A stretch of DNA of 64,000 nt from Coriobacteriales bacterium (GTDB lineage Bacteria; Actinomycetota; Coriobacteriia; Coriobacteriales; RUG844): contig JAFRFV010000187.1 of the NCBI GenBank assembly GCA_017434185.1, positions 8,035 through 72,034 on the forward strand, given 5' to 3'. A program made the position numbers and the translations under genes. The notes beneath the pieces are model-generated. The model saw nothing but the letters and a program-made list of their open reading frames with translations. It had not been told where the DNA came from and searched no databases. Of the stretch, positions 7,833-16,306 are shown piece by piece (position 1 is the stretch's first letter; every line of letters begins with the position of its first letter).

Positions 7833-10007
7833 ATGCCACACTATTCCAAGCAGGACATCCTCGACAATCCCAACAACACACAGGGCTTCCTTGGTTTCGT
7901 CGGCAAGATCGCGCGCATCAACCTGAGCACCGGTGAAGTGAGCGTCATCGACACCTACCAGTTCGTTCCCAAGTATGTTGGTGGACGCATGATCATCAAC
8001 CGCATCGCCTGGGACGAGCTGCCTCCCGGCACCGGTCCCTTCGATGAGGGCAACAAGTTCATCTACATGACCGGCCCCACCACGGGCACCGGTATCCCGG
8101 CTGGCGGGCGCAGCGAGGCGTGCGCCATCGGCGCCAGCAACAATCCCGAGCAGTACAGCTGGGGCAACATCGGCGGTTGGTTCGCCACGGAGCTCAAGTA
8201 CGCGGGCTGGGACGGTTTCATCGTCGAGGGTAAGGCGCAATCACCGGTCATCATCAAGATCAAGAACGAGAAGATCGAGATCCTGCCCGCAGGCGATCTC
8301 TGGGGCACCCGTGTGCACCAAGCACAGGAGGCCATCGCGCAGAAGTACGGTGAGGAGTACAAGTCCATGGTCATCGGCCCCGCCGGTGAGAATCTGGTGC
8401 GTATCGCCTCCATCACCCATGCCAACGACTGCTGCTTCTCGAAGGGTGGTTTCGGCGCCGTCTGGGGTTCCAAGAAACTCAAGGCCATCACCGTGTGCGG
8501 AACGGGCGTCGTGGCTCCGGCTGATCTGGATAAGCTCATCTACCTGAGAACCCATATGAACCAGCCGGGCATGCGTCCCTCCCCGGTGCTGCACAAGACC
8601 GTGTGCGGTATCCCCGGCAGCGAGTTCCCCGCCGTCTACGATCGTGGCAACGTCGCCTGCAGCCCTGGTTGCAACCAGCATTGCAACGCGCTGCTCATCA
8701 ACGGTGTCTCCGCCTTCGGTCCCGAACGCCAGAACCACATCGAGAAGTGCGTCAGCATGGGCACCTTCGACTACCGGACCGACATCGGTTCGAGCGTTGG
8801 CCAGTTCTGGCCCACCAAGCAGAATTACTGTGCGCCCTGCAAGATGTTGGGTCAGGAGTTCCCGGTGCCCGACTTCAGCGACCCGCACTTCGAGGAGCAG
8901 GCGCAGGGATTCCCCGGTGACACCTATGACCTGTGGCAGCCCGACTACGATCGCGGCACCATCATCAACGATCTGTGCAACGAGTACGGTATCGACAAGT
9001 GGGAAGTCGTCATCTGGATGTGCACTTGGCTTTCCATGTGCCAGAAGGAAGGCCTCTTCGAGGGAATGGACAACCTTGGCTGCTCGCGACCGGTCGATGC
9101 GAGCGATGCCGAATTCATGAAGGAGTTCATCGGCAACCTGGTGTATCGCAGGGGCTACTACGGCAACATCTTCGCCGAAGGCATGTCCCGTGCCATCCGC
9201 ACGCTGGGTTACGAGAAGTTCAGCGAGAGCATCTTCCACAACCGTCATTCCAGGATCCTGGGCGGCAAGCGCACGGATATCCCGGTGAGTTGGGAAGCGG
9301 CCAACGGCCAGTCCGTGCACTGGCAGGGTCGTGGATTCCAGGGTGCCATCGAGAAGCCCACGTGGCTCGCGATGAACATCAACAACATGATGAACACCCG
9401 TGATGCACAGACCGTCGAACACTTCCATGCCGGATTCGAGCACCATGCACCCGCACTTGCGGACCCCTATCACTACCAGGGCGTGATCGACGCGATCATC
9501 CACATCCAGAACTACGCCGATATCAAGGACTCCGTCATGAGCTGCGAGTGGCAGAGCCCCGACCCGCGTTGGCCCGAGATGGAATCGGTCATGTATCAGG
9601 CCGCGACGGGTTATCCAATGACCCCGGAGGAACTCATGGAAGCGGCCTTCCGCTCCAAGCTCCTGTTCCGTGCCTTCCTCATCCGCAATCACGGTCGCAC
9701 CCGTCAAAGCGAGATCGCAAGCATCTGGCGCACCATCTCCATCCCCGATTCCTGGAACGAGGTCGCGGATTGGAAGAGTTGGAACGAGATGGTCGACCTG
9801 GTCTACGAAGCCCGCGGTTTCGATCTGGAGACCGGATGGCCGTATCGCGAGACCTACGAGAAGTACGGCCTGGAGGATGTGGCTGACGAGATGGAGAGGC
9901 TCGGGCTGCTGCCCACTCGTCCCGCTGAGCGCTGGAGCGACTACGGCGAGCCCCCCTTCGTGCTCTTCAGCGAGCTGCGCAAGCTCGAGCCGGATTACGA
10001 GGGCTAG
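7833..10007 (+). CDS. Aldehyde:ferredoxin oxidoreductase (AOR) family molybdo/tungstopterin enzyme, large YdhV-like type
   Basis: 724 aa. The AOR-like N-terminus reads GKIARINLSTGEVSVIDT...GGRMIINRIAWDELPPGTGPFDEGNKFIYMTGPTTGTG. Also present are GPAGENLVRIASI, a Cys cluster (CSPGCNQHC), DLCNEYGIDKWE and the C-terminal YRETYEKYGLEDVADEMERLGLLP. From memory, its size and termini resemble E. coli YdhV. The ATG at 7833 follows GGGAGGGGAGAG. Confidence 0.8.
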   Translation: MPHYSKQDILDNPNNTQGFLGFVGKIARINLSTGEVSVIDTYQFVPKYVGGRMIINRIAWDELPPGTGPFDEGNKFIYMTGPTTGTGIPAGGRSEACAIGASNNPEQYSWGNIGGWFATELKYAGWDGFIVEGKAQSPVIIKIKNEKIEILPAGDLWGTRVHQAQEAIAQKYGEEYKSMVIGPAGENLVRIASITHANDCCFSKGGFGAVWGSKKLKAITVCGTGVVAPADLDKLIYLRTHMNQPGMRPSPVLHKTVCGIPGSEFPAVYDRGNVACSPGCNQHCNALLINGVSAFGPERQNHIEKCVSMGTFDYRTDIGSSVGQFWPTKQNYCAPCKMLGQEFPVPDFSDPHFEEQAQGFPGDTYDLWQPDYDRGTIINDLCNEYGIDKWEVVIWMCTWLSMCQKEGLFEGMDNLGCSRPVDASDAEFMKEFIGNLVYRRGYYGNIFAEGMSRAIRTLGYEKFSESIFHNRHSRILGGKRTDIPVSWEAANGQSVHWQGRGFQGAIEKPTWLAMNINNMMNTRDAQTVEHFHAGFEHHAPALADPYHYQGVIDAIIHIQNYADIKDSVMSCEWQSPDPRWPEMESVMYQAATGYPMTPEELMEAAFRSKLLFRAFLIRNHGRTRQSEIASIWRTISIPDSWNEVADWKSWNEMVDLVYEARGFDLETGWPYRETYEKYGLEDVADEMERLGLLPTRPAERWSDYGEPPFVLFSELRKLEPDYEG

Positions 10008-10101
10008 CGTTCCACTACAGGTTCCAAGGTATGCGCCGCCTTGAAGGGCGCGATGGCTCGGAGAACGATGATTCAAGTGGAGAGAAAGGAAAGGTGTACC
10101 A

Positions 10102-11433
10102 ATGGCAACTGCTAAATCACCCAACTATGCCTGGGTGGTGGCCACCGGCGGTTTCTTCGCGGGTATCGCTGCCATCGCAGGCCCCCAGATCTGGGGCTAT
10201 GTGTCTCCCTATATCGCGGAGGCATTCAAGATCGCGCCCACCGATATCGCGTGGGGTGCCTCACTCTACCAGCTCACCTGCGGTGTGTTCGGCTTCTTCG
10301 TGGGTATGCTGGGTGACCGCTTCGGCGCTCGCAAGCTCGTCGCCCTGGGCCTCATCGGCATGGGTATCTGCTACATCCTGGGTGGCGTCACCGGTGGCGC
10401 CTCTCCCATCGGCCCCTGCATCTTCTACGGCATCGCAGGTCTCTTCGCTGCCTTCGCGCTCGTCAGCCTGCTGCCCAAGCTGATCTCCGATTGGTTCGCG
10501 CCCCAGCTGCGCGCTCGCGGCATGCTGCTCAACGTTCTGGGTGGCACTGCGACCGGTGCTCTCATGGGCATCATCCTTCCCGTCGTCATCCTCAAGAGCG
10601 GCTGGGCGGTCGCTTTCGGTGGCGTCGGTGTCGTTCTGATCATCGCCGGCATCATCTGGTTCCTGATGGTCCGCGACAATCCCTATGATGAGGGGACCAT
10701 CCCGCTGGGTTACACCCCCGAGGAAGCCGAGCGTATGCGTGCTCCCGAGCTCACCGCCGAGGAGAAGGAAGCCAAGAAGAAGGAGGACCGCGCCAACGTC
10801 ATCAAGGCCCTCAAGTATCCTGTCACCTGGATCTTCGCTCTGTCCATGATCCTGTGGTTCTGGATGTTCGTGGGAGCCAACGTGTACCAGGTCGGCGCCA
10901 TCATGGAGGCTGGCTTCAGCATCAAGGTCGCCGGTGGTATCGGTACCGCCATCATGATCGCCAACCTCGTTGGTCTCGCCCTCTGGCCCACCCTGAGCGA
11001 TAAGATCCTCTCCCGCAAGCTCTTCTTCGGTGGTCTGCTCCTTGGTGCAGCGGTCATGTATCTGATCGCGTTCTTCTATCTCAAGGGCGGCGGAAACAAC
11101 ACCTTCGTCCTCTTCGCTATCTTCGTCATCCTGGGCATCTTCACCATCACCGCTCCCATCCAGCAGACGCTGTATGGTGAGGTCTATCCTCCCAATCTGC
11201 GCAATGCGGGCCCCGGTGTCCTGATCACCATCGCCACCATCGGCGCCGCCACCGCTCCCATCATCGGTGGTTGGTGGACCGGCCTCTTCGGTGGCAGCTT
11301 GGTCTACATCTTCCTCTTCACCGCTCTCTCCGCTGTCGGCGCTGCTCTGGTGGCCATCTTCGGTCTGCCCAAGACCGGTGGCAAGTACGGCGATCCGCTG
11401 CTGGAGAAGTATCTCGAGGAAGAGGGCAAGTAG
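10102..11433 (+). CDS. MFS transporter (second copy in the locus)
   Basis: 443 aa with 12 predicted hydrophobic segments, the motif GMLGDRFGARK, and a central charged loop (EEAERMRAPELTAEEKEAKKKEDR). Confidence 0.85.
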   Translation: MATAKSPNYAWVVATGGFFAGIAAIAGPQIWGYVSPYIAEAFKIAPTDIAWGASLYQLTCGVFGFFVGMLGDRFGARKLVALGLIGMGICYILGGVTGGASPIGPCIFYGIAGLFAAFALVSLLPKLISDWFAPQLRARGMLLNVLGGTATGALMGIILPVVILKSGWAVAFGGVGVVLIIAGIIWFLMVRDNPYDEGTIPLGYTPEEAERMRAPELTAEEKEAKKKEDRANVIKALKYPVTWIFALSMILWFWMFVGANVYQVGAIMEAGFSIKVAGGIGTAIMIANLVGLALWPTLSDKILSRKLFFGGLLLGAAVMYLIAFFYLKGGGNNTFVLFAIFVILGIFTITAPIQQTLYGEVYPPNLRNAGPGVLITIATIGAATAPIIGGWWTGLFGGSLVYIFLFTALSAVGAALVAIFGLPKTGGKYGDPLLEKYLEEEGK

Positions 11434-11524
11434 TTCTCCTGTTACGTCTCGTCGTTCTCATCACCTGAAGGTATCAAGCATCCGCGTACTCCGTGGATGA
11501 AGGATGAAGTAGAAAGGAAATCAA

Positions 11525-12289
11525 ATGGGAAGGCTCGATAACAAGTTCGCAGTCGTCACCGGTGCCACCTCCGGCATCGGCGAGGCAACCGCCATCATGT
11601 TCGCCAAGGAAGGCGCCGTGGTCGTCGGTACCGGTCGTAACGAGGCCAAGGGTGCCGAGCTCCTCGCCAAGATCGAGGAGGTTGGCGGCAAGGGCTACTT
11701 CTTCAAGTGCGATGTGCGCTACAAGGATCAGCTCCAGGCCCTGCATGACTTCGCTCTGGAGAAGATGGGCAAGGTCAACGTGCTCTTCAACTGCACCGGT
11801 GTCTGCCCTCCGTTCTGCTCCTTCCTCGAGCAGACCGATGAGAACCTGCAGCTGGTCTTCGAGACCAACTTCAGGTCCTATGCCTGGGGTATGCAGATGT
11901 TCATCCCCGACATGATCGCTGCCGGTGGCGGCTCCATCATCAACGTCGCCTCCATCTCCAGCATCTGGCCGGAGCTGGGTTCCTTCTACTATGGTTCCAT
12001 GAAGGCCGCCGTCTCCAATCTGTCCATGAACGTGGCCAAGGAGTTCGCGAAGCAGAAGGTTCGCGTCAACACCATCCTGCCCGGTCCCATCATGACCAAC
12101 ATGACCCCGGACTTCGTCAAGAACAACCCCGAGGAGCAGGCGAAGATGATCGAGGAGCACTGCTATCTGGGTCGTCTGGGTGTGCCCGATGATATCGCCT
12201 ATGGTGCCGTCTATCTGGCCTCCGACGAGAGCTTCATGATGACCGGTGAGGCTCTGGTCATCGACTGCTGCCTCTGCATCAGCAACTAG
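11525..12289 (+). CDS. Short-chain dehydrogenase/reductase (classical SDR)
   Basis: Cofactor motif TGATSGIGEA, catalytic YGSMK (YxxxK) preceded by NVASISS, and a PG motif (ILPGPIMT). Confidence 0.9.
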   Translation: MGRLDNKFAVVTGATSGIGEATAIMFAKEGAVVVGTGRNEAKGAELLAKIEEVGGKGYFFKCDVRYKDQLQALHDFALEKMGKVNVLFNCTGVCPPFCSFLEQTDENLQLVFETNFRSYAWGMQMFIPDMIAAGGGSIINVASISSIWPELGSFYYGSMKAAVSNLSMNVAKEFAKQKVRVNTILPGPIMTNMTPDFVKNNPEEQAKMIEEHCYLGRLGVPDDIAYGAVYLASDESFMMTGEALVIDCCLCISN

Positions 12290-12313
12290 TCGCCCCATCA
12301 AGCACGACAATAA

Positions 12314-12340
12314 GACGGGCCCGGAGATTCCGGGCCCGTC
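12314..12340. terminator. Bidirectional hairpin terminator between convergent genes
   Basis: Perfect 11-bp stem GACGGGCCCGG-agatt-CCGGGCCCGTC. It is followed by CTGTTTCC on the plus strand and TTATTGTC on the minus strand. Confidence 0.75.
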
Positions 12341-12367
12341 CTGTTTCCCTGTGGATGAGTGCGCGGC

Positions 12368-12985
12368 CTACTTCTTGCTGAGCATGCTGAAGAGGATCTC
12401 CGCGAAGTCGATGCCGTCGTCGCTCTTCTTCTTGCCGCTCGTCTGTGCGGAGCCCAGGGTGCTCAGGAGCGACTGTACGAGGGAGGCACCGGGGCCGGAA
12501 CCCTCCTCGGCTTCCGCGACACCGCTCTTGCCGCTGATCTTGCCCTTGAGCAGCGAGTTGAGCACGGACTCCAGGATGTCGCTCGCGCTGTCCTTCTCGC
12601 CCTTGAGGATCTTCATGGCTGCCTTGCGGGCGTCGCTGTCGGCGGCGCGATAGGCCTCGACGAGCTTCTTCTCGGTGGCGGTCACCTTCATCGAGGTGCC
12701 GCTGCTGCTGGAGCTCGAGCTGCTTGTCTTACCGCTCGAGCTTGAACTGCTGCTGGAACTGGTGGTCTTCACGTTCTTGGGCGCCTCGAGCAGGGACTTC
12801 TGCGTGACCCCGGTGGCCTTCGCTATCTGCTTGAGTTGCTCCTGGGTGAGGTTCTTCTCCTTGCGCTCGCACTTGCCGATGTCGGTCGCGGTGCAGTTCT
12901 TGACCTTGCGCGCCAGCTGCTCCTGCGTCAGACCTGCGGCGACGCGCGCTTCCTTGACCAGATCGCCTTGCTTCTTGACTGCCAT
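12368..12985 (-). CDS. XRE-type HTH protein with two poly-serine tracts and an acidic/lysine-rich C-terminal region
   Basis: N-terminal HTH (LVKEARVAAGLTQEQLARKV...LTQEQLKQIAKATGVTQKSLLE). Ser runs at aa 76-84 and 88-95 (nt 12701..12760). An RBS-like GAGAGGA lies upstream of the ATG. Confidence 0.7.
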   Translation of the reverse strand: MAVKKQGDLVKEARVAAGLTQEQLARKVKNCTATDIGKCERKEKNLTQEQLKQIAKATGVTQKSLLEAPKNVKTTSSSSSSSSSGKTSSSSSSSSGTSMKVTATEKKLVEAYRAADSDARKAAMKILKGEKDSASDILESVLNSLLKGKISGKSGVAEAEEGSGPGASLVQSLLSTLGSAQTSGKKKSDDGIDFAEILFSMLSKK

Positions 12986-13024
12986 GTTGGGGTCCTCTCT
13001 CTTCTTTGAATCCCTTGTCGAAGT

Positions 13025-13981
13025 CTATCGTATCCGAGCCGTCGCCACCCGGGATCCCCGGGGCACCAGCACCTGGTAGGCTTTGGGGAGGATGCGGATG
13101 CGGAAGCTGTCTCCCAGTACTTCCTCTCCATCGGCTTGGGCGGGCACCTGCATCTCGAACTCTACCACGGCATCCCGCGTCCTGCCCATGTTCACATAGC
13201 GCAATCCACCATGTTTCCCCTTCATCGCGAGCCCAAGCACTCCCAGGCCCTTGATCTTGCCCACGGCGTCGGTGAAGCAGTAGTTGAGCATCCCGTCACA
13301 GGGGTCCGCATCGGGGGCGATGGCGAAGCCGCCTCCATAGGTCGCGCCCACGGTGAACGCCAGCATCAGCAGGTCCTTATCCACCGGATCCGCGCCGTCG
13401 AGGGAGAAATGCACGGGGTAGGCGCGGTACTCGTTCCGCAGTACCTGCAGGCCGGCATGCAGGTAGAGCATGGTGCCGCTCTCGTCGGTCTTCTTACGCA
13501 GATCCATGGTGCGGATCGCGATGGCGGCGTCCAGGCCGAACGAGAGGCTCTCGAGGAAGTAGGAGTCGTTGAACATGCCCAGGTCCATGGGAACGACGAC
13601 GCCGTCCAGCAGACCATCGAGCGCTTCCCTGGCGTGTTCCTGGCCCAGCGGGATACCCAACGTGCGGCAGAAGTCGTTGCCCGAGCCCACGGGGAGCACA
13701 CCGAAGGCGGGCCGATCGTTCGCAGGACGCCGCATGATGCCGTTGATGATCTCGTGGGCCGTGCCGTCTCCGCTCACCGCGATGATGACATCGTGCCCCG
13801 TGTCCTCACGCGCCATGCGCAGGGCATCACCCTGCGCCGTGGTGAGCATCACATCGTAGGGGCCGCGGTGCTCCATCCCATCGGCGATGATGGGCAGGTA
13901 GTTCTCGCCCTTGCCGTTCTTGGCAGCGGGGTTGACGATGAAGAGGATCCTATCCATGCGTTCCCGTGCTCTCTCGTCCAA
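13025..13981 (-). CDS. Diacylglycerol kinase-family lipid kinase (YegS/BmrU-like)
   Basis: Contains ILFIVNPAAKNGKG, VSGDGTAHEIINGI and PVGSGNDF motifs. Confidence 0.9.
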   Translation of the reverse strand: MDERARERMDRILFIVNPAAKNGKGENYLPIIADGMEHRGPYDVMLTTAQGDALRMAREDTGHDVIIAVSGDGTAHEIINGIMRRPANDRPAFGVLPVGSGNDFCRTLGIPLGQEHAREALDGLLDGVVVPMDLGMFNDSYFLESLSFGLDAAIAIRTMDLRKKTDESGTMLYLHAGLQVLRNEYRAYPVHFSLDGADPVDKDLLMLAFTVGATYGGGFAIAPDADPCDGMLNYCFTDAVGKIKGLGVLGLAMKGKHGGLRYVNMGRTRDAVVEFEMQVPAQADGEEVLGDSFRIRILPKAYQVLVPRGSRVATARIR

Positions 13982-14094
13982 GCTGTCCTATCCTTCACGC
14001 TTGCGATTTCGTGGGGTCGAAAGCGCCTATGCAAGGATAATATGTAACACGCACATGCGCAAACGCCATTTACGCTGCGTAACAACACGTGCAT

Positions 14095-14170
14095 GCCCTC
14101 TTAGCTCAGGGGATAGAGCGACTGCCTCCGGAGCAGTAGGCCGAAGGTTCGAATCCTTTAGAGGGCGCCA
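14095..14170 (+). tRNA. tRNA-Arg (anticodon CCG), CCA encoded
   Basis: Hand-folded cloverleaf. The acceptor stem GCCCTCT pairs with AGAGGGC. D arm: GCTC-AGGGGATA-GAGC. Anticodon arm: ACTGC-CTCCGGA-GCAGT, giving anticodon CCG. T arm: GAAGG-TTCGAAT-CCTTT. The 3' end is GCCA. Confidence 0.9.
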
Positions 14171-14179
14171 TGAGAACAG

Positions 14180-14205
14180 AGAGCGGGCCCTTTCGGACCC
14201 GCTCT
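14180..14205. terminator. Hairpin between the tRNA-Arg gene and the 3' end of the convergent EF-G paralogue
   Basis: AGAGCGGG at 14180-14187 pairs with CCCGCTCT at 14198-14205. The U-tracts are weak on both strands. Confidence 0.45.
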
Positions 14206-14248
14206 TCTCATTCACAGGTGATAAGCGCTTCTCGTAGCGCTTGGGGAA

Positions 14249-16306
14249 CTACTTCTCGTTCTTGGAGGCCTCGTACTCGGCGATGATCTTGGCGGCCTGG
14301 TCACGCGGGACTTCCTCGTAACCTTCGACCTCGATGGTGTACTCGCCGGAGCCGCGGGTGAGGGAGCGCAGCTGCTTGCCGTACTGCACGACCTCGGCAT
14401 AGGGCACGCGGGCCTTGATGACGCTCTCGCCGAACTCGTTGGTGCTCATGCCCTCGATACGGCCACGCTTGGTGGGCATATCGCTCATGATCGAGCCGGC
14501 GTACTCCTCGTCGACGGTGACGGTGATGTTGGCCATGGGCTCGAGCAGGTACATGTCGGCCTTGGCGCAGGCGTTCTTCAGGCCCAGACGGGCTGCGGTC
14601 TTGAAGGCCATTTCATTGGAGTCGACGGGATGGTAGCTACCATCGTAGACAGCGCACTTGATATCCACCATGGGATAGCCGGCCAGGATGCCGTCGGCCA
14701 TGGTCTCGCGAACGCCCTTGTCGACAGCGGGGATGAAGTTGCGCGGGATGCGACCGCCAACGACCTCATCCAAGAATTCATAGCCCATGCCGGGGTTGGG
14801 CTCGACGCGCAGCCAGCAATCACCGAACTGACCGGAACCGCCGGTCTGCTTCTTGTGACGACCCTGTGCCTGAGCGGTGCGGCGGATGGACTCGCGATAG
14901 GGAACGCGGATGGGAAGCTGGTTGACGGCGATGCCGTTGCGGTCCTTGATGCGGGACAGGACCACGTCGATCTGAGTCTCGCCCAGACCCTTGACGATGG
15001 TCTGATGGGTCTCCTCATCGCGGTACATGACCAGCGTGGGATCGGTTTCGACGGCCTTGGCCAGGAAGTCGCCCAGCTTGTCCTCGTCCTTCTTGTTCGC
15101 CGCCTCGATGGGAACGGGATAGAGGGGCTCGGGCAGCTTGGGACCTTCGACCACAAGATGACCGCCGGCGGAGAGGGTATCGCCCGTGGTGGCTTCGGAG
15201 AGCTTGGGAACGACGATGATGTCACCTGCCACGGCTTCCTTCACGTCGGTGTTCTCCTTGCCCATCATGACGTAGAGGTGACCCAGACGCTCCTTCTTGC
15301 CGGTACGGCCATTGGAGAGTTCGATGTTGGGCTCGAGCTTCCCACTCAGGACCTTGATGTAGCTCAGGCGGCCGACGAAGGGATCGGAGAGGGTCTTGAA
15401 GACATAGCCGGCGGGTTCGCCAGCGGGATCGATTTCGATATCGCCGTCGTTGCTGGCGATGGGAGCGTGCTCGGTGGGGGCGGGGAAGTAGGCGGCGATG
15501 TCCTCCATGAGGCCATAGACGCCCTGCATGACCAGGGTGCTGCCAACGAACACGGGGACGAAGATGTCCTGGGAGATGGCGAGCTTCAGGAGGGTCTCGA
15601 TCTCATCCTGCTCGAAGGGCTCGCCCTCGAAGTACTTCATCAGGAGTTCGTCATCCGCCTCGGCGATGAGTTCGCACAGAGTCTCACGGGCGGATTCGGC
15701 GGCGTCGGCGTATTCGGCGGGGATGTCGGTGATGATCTCCTTGCCGTCCTTCCAAACACGTGCCTTCATGCGCACGATGTCGACGACGCCCTTGAAGTTC
15801 TCGGCGACGCCCATGGGGATGGTCACGGCGCCCAGGCGCTTGCCGAAGGCCTTGGTGAGGGCATCCATGACGATGTCGAAGTCGGTGTGCTCACGGTCGA
15901 CGTGGTTGATGAAGATCGCGCGGGCCATGTTGGTCTCATCGGCCTTACGCCACAGCTTCTTCGTCGCGACCTGGGGACCGGCGACGGCGTCGACGACGAA
16001 CAGGCCCAGCTCAGCCGCGAACATGGCGGCGACGGTGTCACCCATGAAATCGGAGAAGCCCGAGGTGTCCAGGAGATTGAACTTGTAATCACCGAAGGTG
16101 ATGGGAGCGATGGAAGTGGAGATCGTGAACTTGCGCTTGATCTCCTCGGAATCGAAGTCCAGATTGGACTTGCCGTCGCTGGTGGTACCCATGCGGTTGG
16201 TACGCTTGGTCATGTACAGCATGGCTTCTGCCAAGCTGGTCTTACCGGATCCATCCTGTCCCAGCAGGACGAGGTTGCGGATCTTGTCGGTGCTAAGGGC
16301 CCCCAT
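14249..16306 (-). CDS. Elongation factor G paralogue (EFG II-like) with divergent GTPase motifs
   Basis: 685 aa. G1 is GQDGSGKTS, G3 is DTSGFSDF and G4 is INHVD. The EF-G domains II-V are recognisable (for example GRLSYIKVLSGKL and HPVDSNEMAFKTAA). I moved the start to the ATG at 16306, which follows AAGGAGG. Confidence 0.85.
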   Translation of the reverse strand: MGALSTDKIRNLVLLGQDGSGKTSLAEAMLYMTKRTNRMGTTSDGKSNLDFDSEEIKRKFTISTSIAPITFGDYKFNLLDTSGFSDFMGDTVAAMFAAELGLFVVDAVAGPQVATKKLWRKADETNMARAIFINHVDREHTDFDIVMDALTKAFGKRLGAVTIPMGVAENFKGVVDIVRMKARVWKDGKEIITDIPAEYADAAESARETLCELIAEADDELLMKYFEGEPFEQDEIETLLKLAISQDIFVPVFVGSTLVMQGVYGLMEDIAAYFPAPTEHAPIASNDGDIEIDPAGEPAGYVFKTLSDPFVGRLSYIKVLSGKLEPNIELSNGRTGKKERLGHLYVMMGKENTDVKEAVAGDIIVVPKLSEATTGDTLSAGGHLVVEGPKLPEPLYPVPIEAANKKDEDKLGDFLAKAVETDPTLVMYRDEETHQTIVKGLGETQIDVVLSRIKDRNGIAVNQLPIRVPYRESIRRTAQAQGRHKKQTGGSGQFGDCWLRVEPNPGMGYEFLDEVVGGRIPRNFIPAVDKGVRETMADGILAGYPMVDIKCAVYDGSYHPVDSNEMAFKTAARLGLKNACAKADMYLLEPMANITVTVDEEYAGSIMSDMPTKRGRIEGMSTNEFGESVIKARVPYAEVVQYGKQLRSLTRGSGEYTIEVEGYEEVPRDQAAKIIAEYEASKNEK

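Noticed and set aside
8241-10124. 627-aa ORF on the minus strand, antisense to the AOR gene.
   Set aside because: It lies fully opposite a strongly supported gene. Its composition is dominated by G, A, L, V, D and H, it has no motifs, and it is the typical stop-codon-poor antisense frame of GC-rich DNA.
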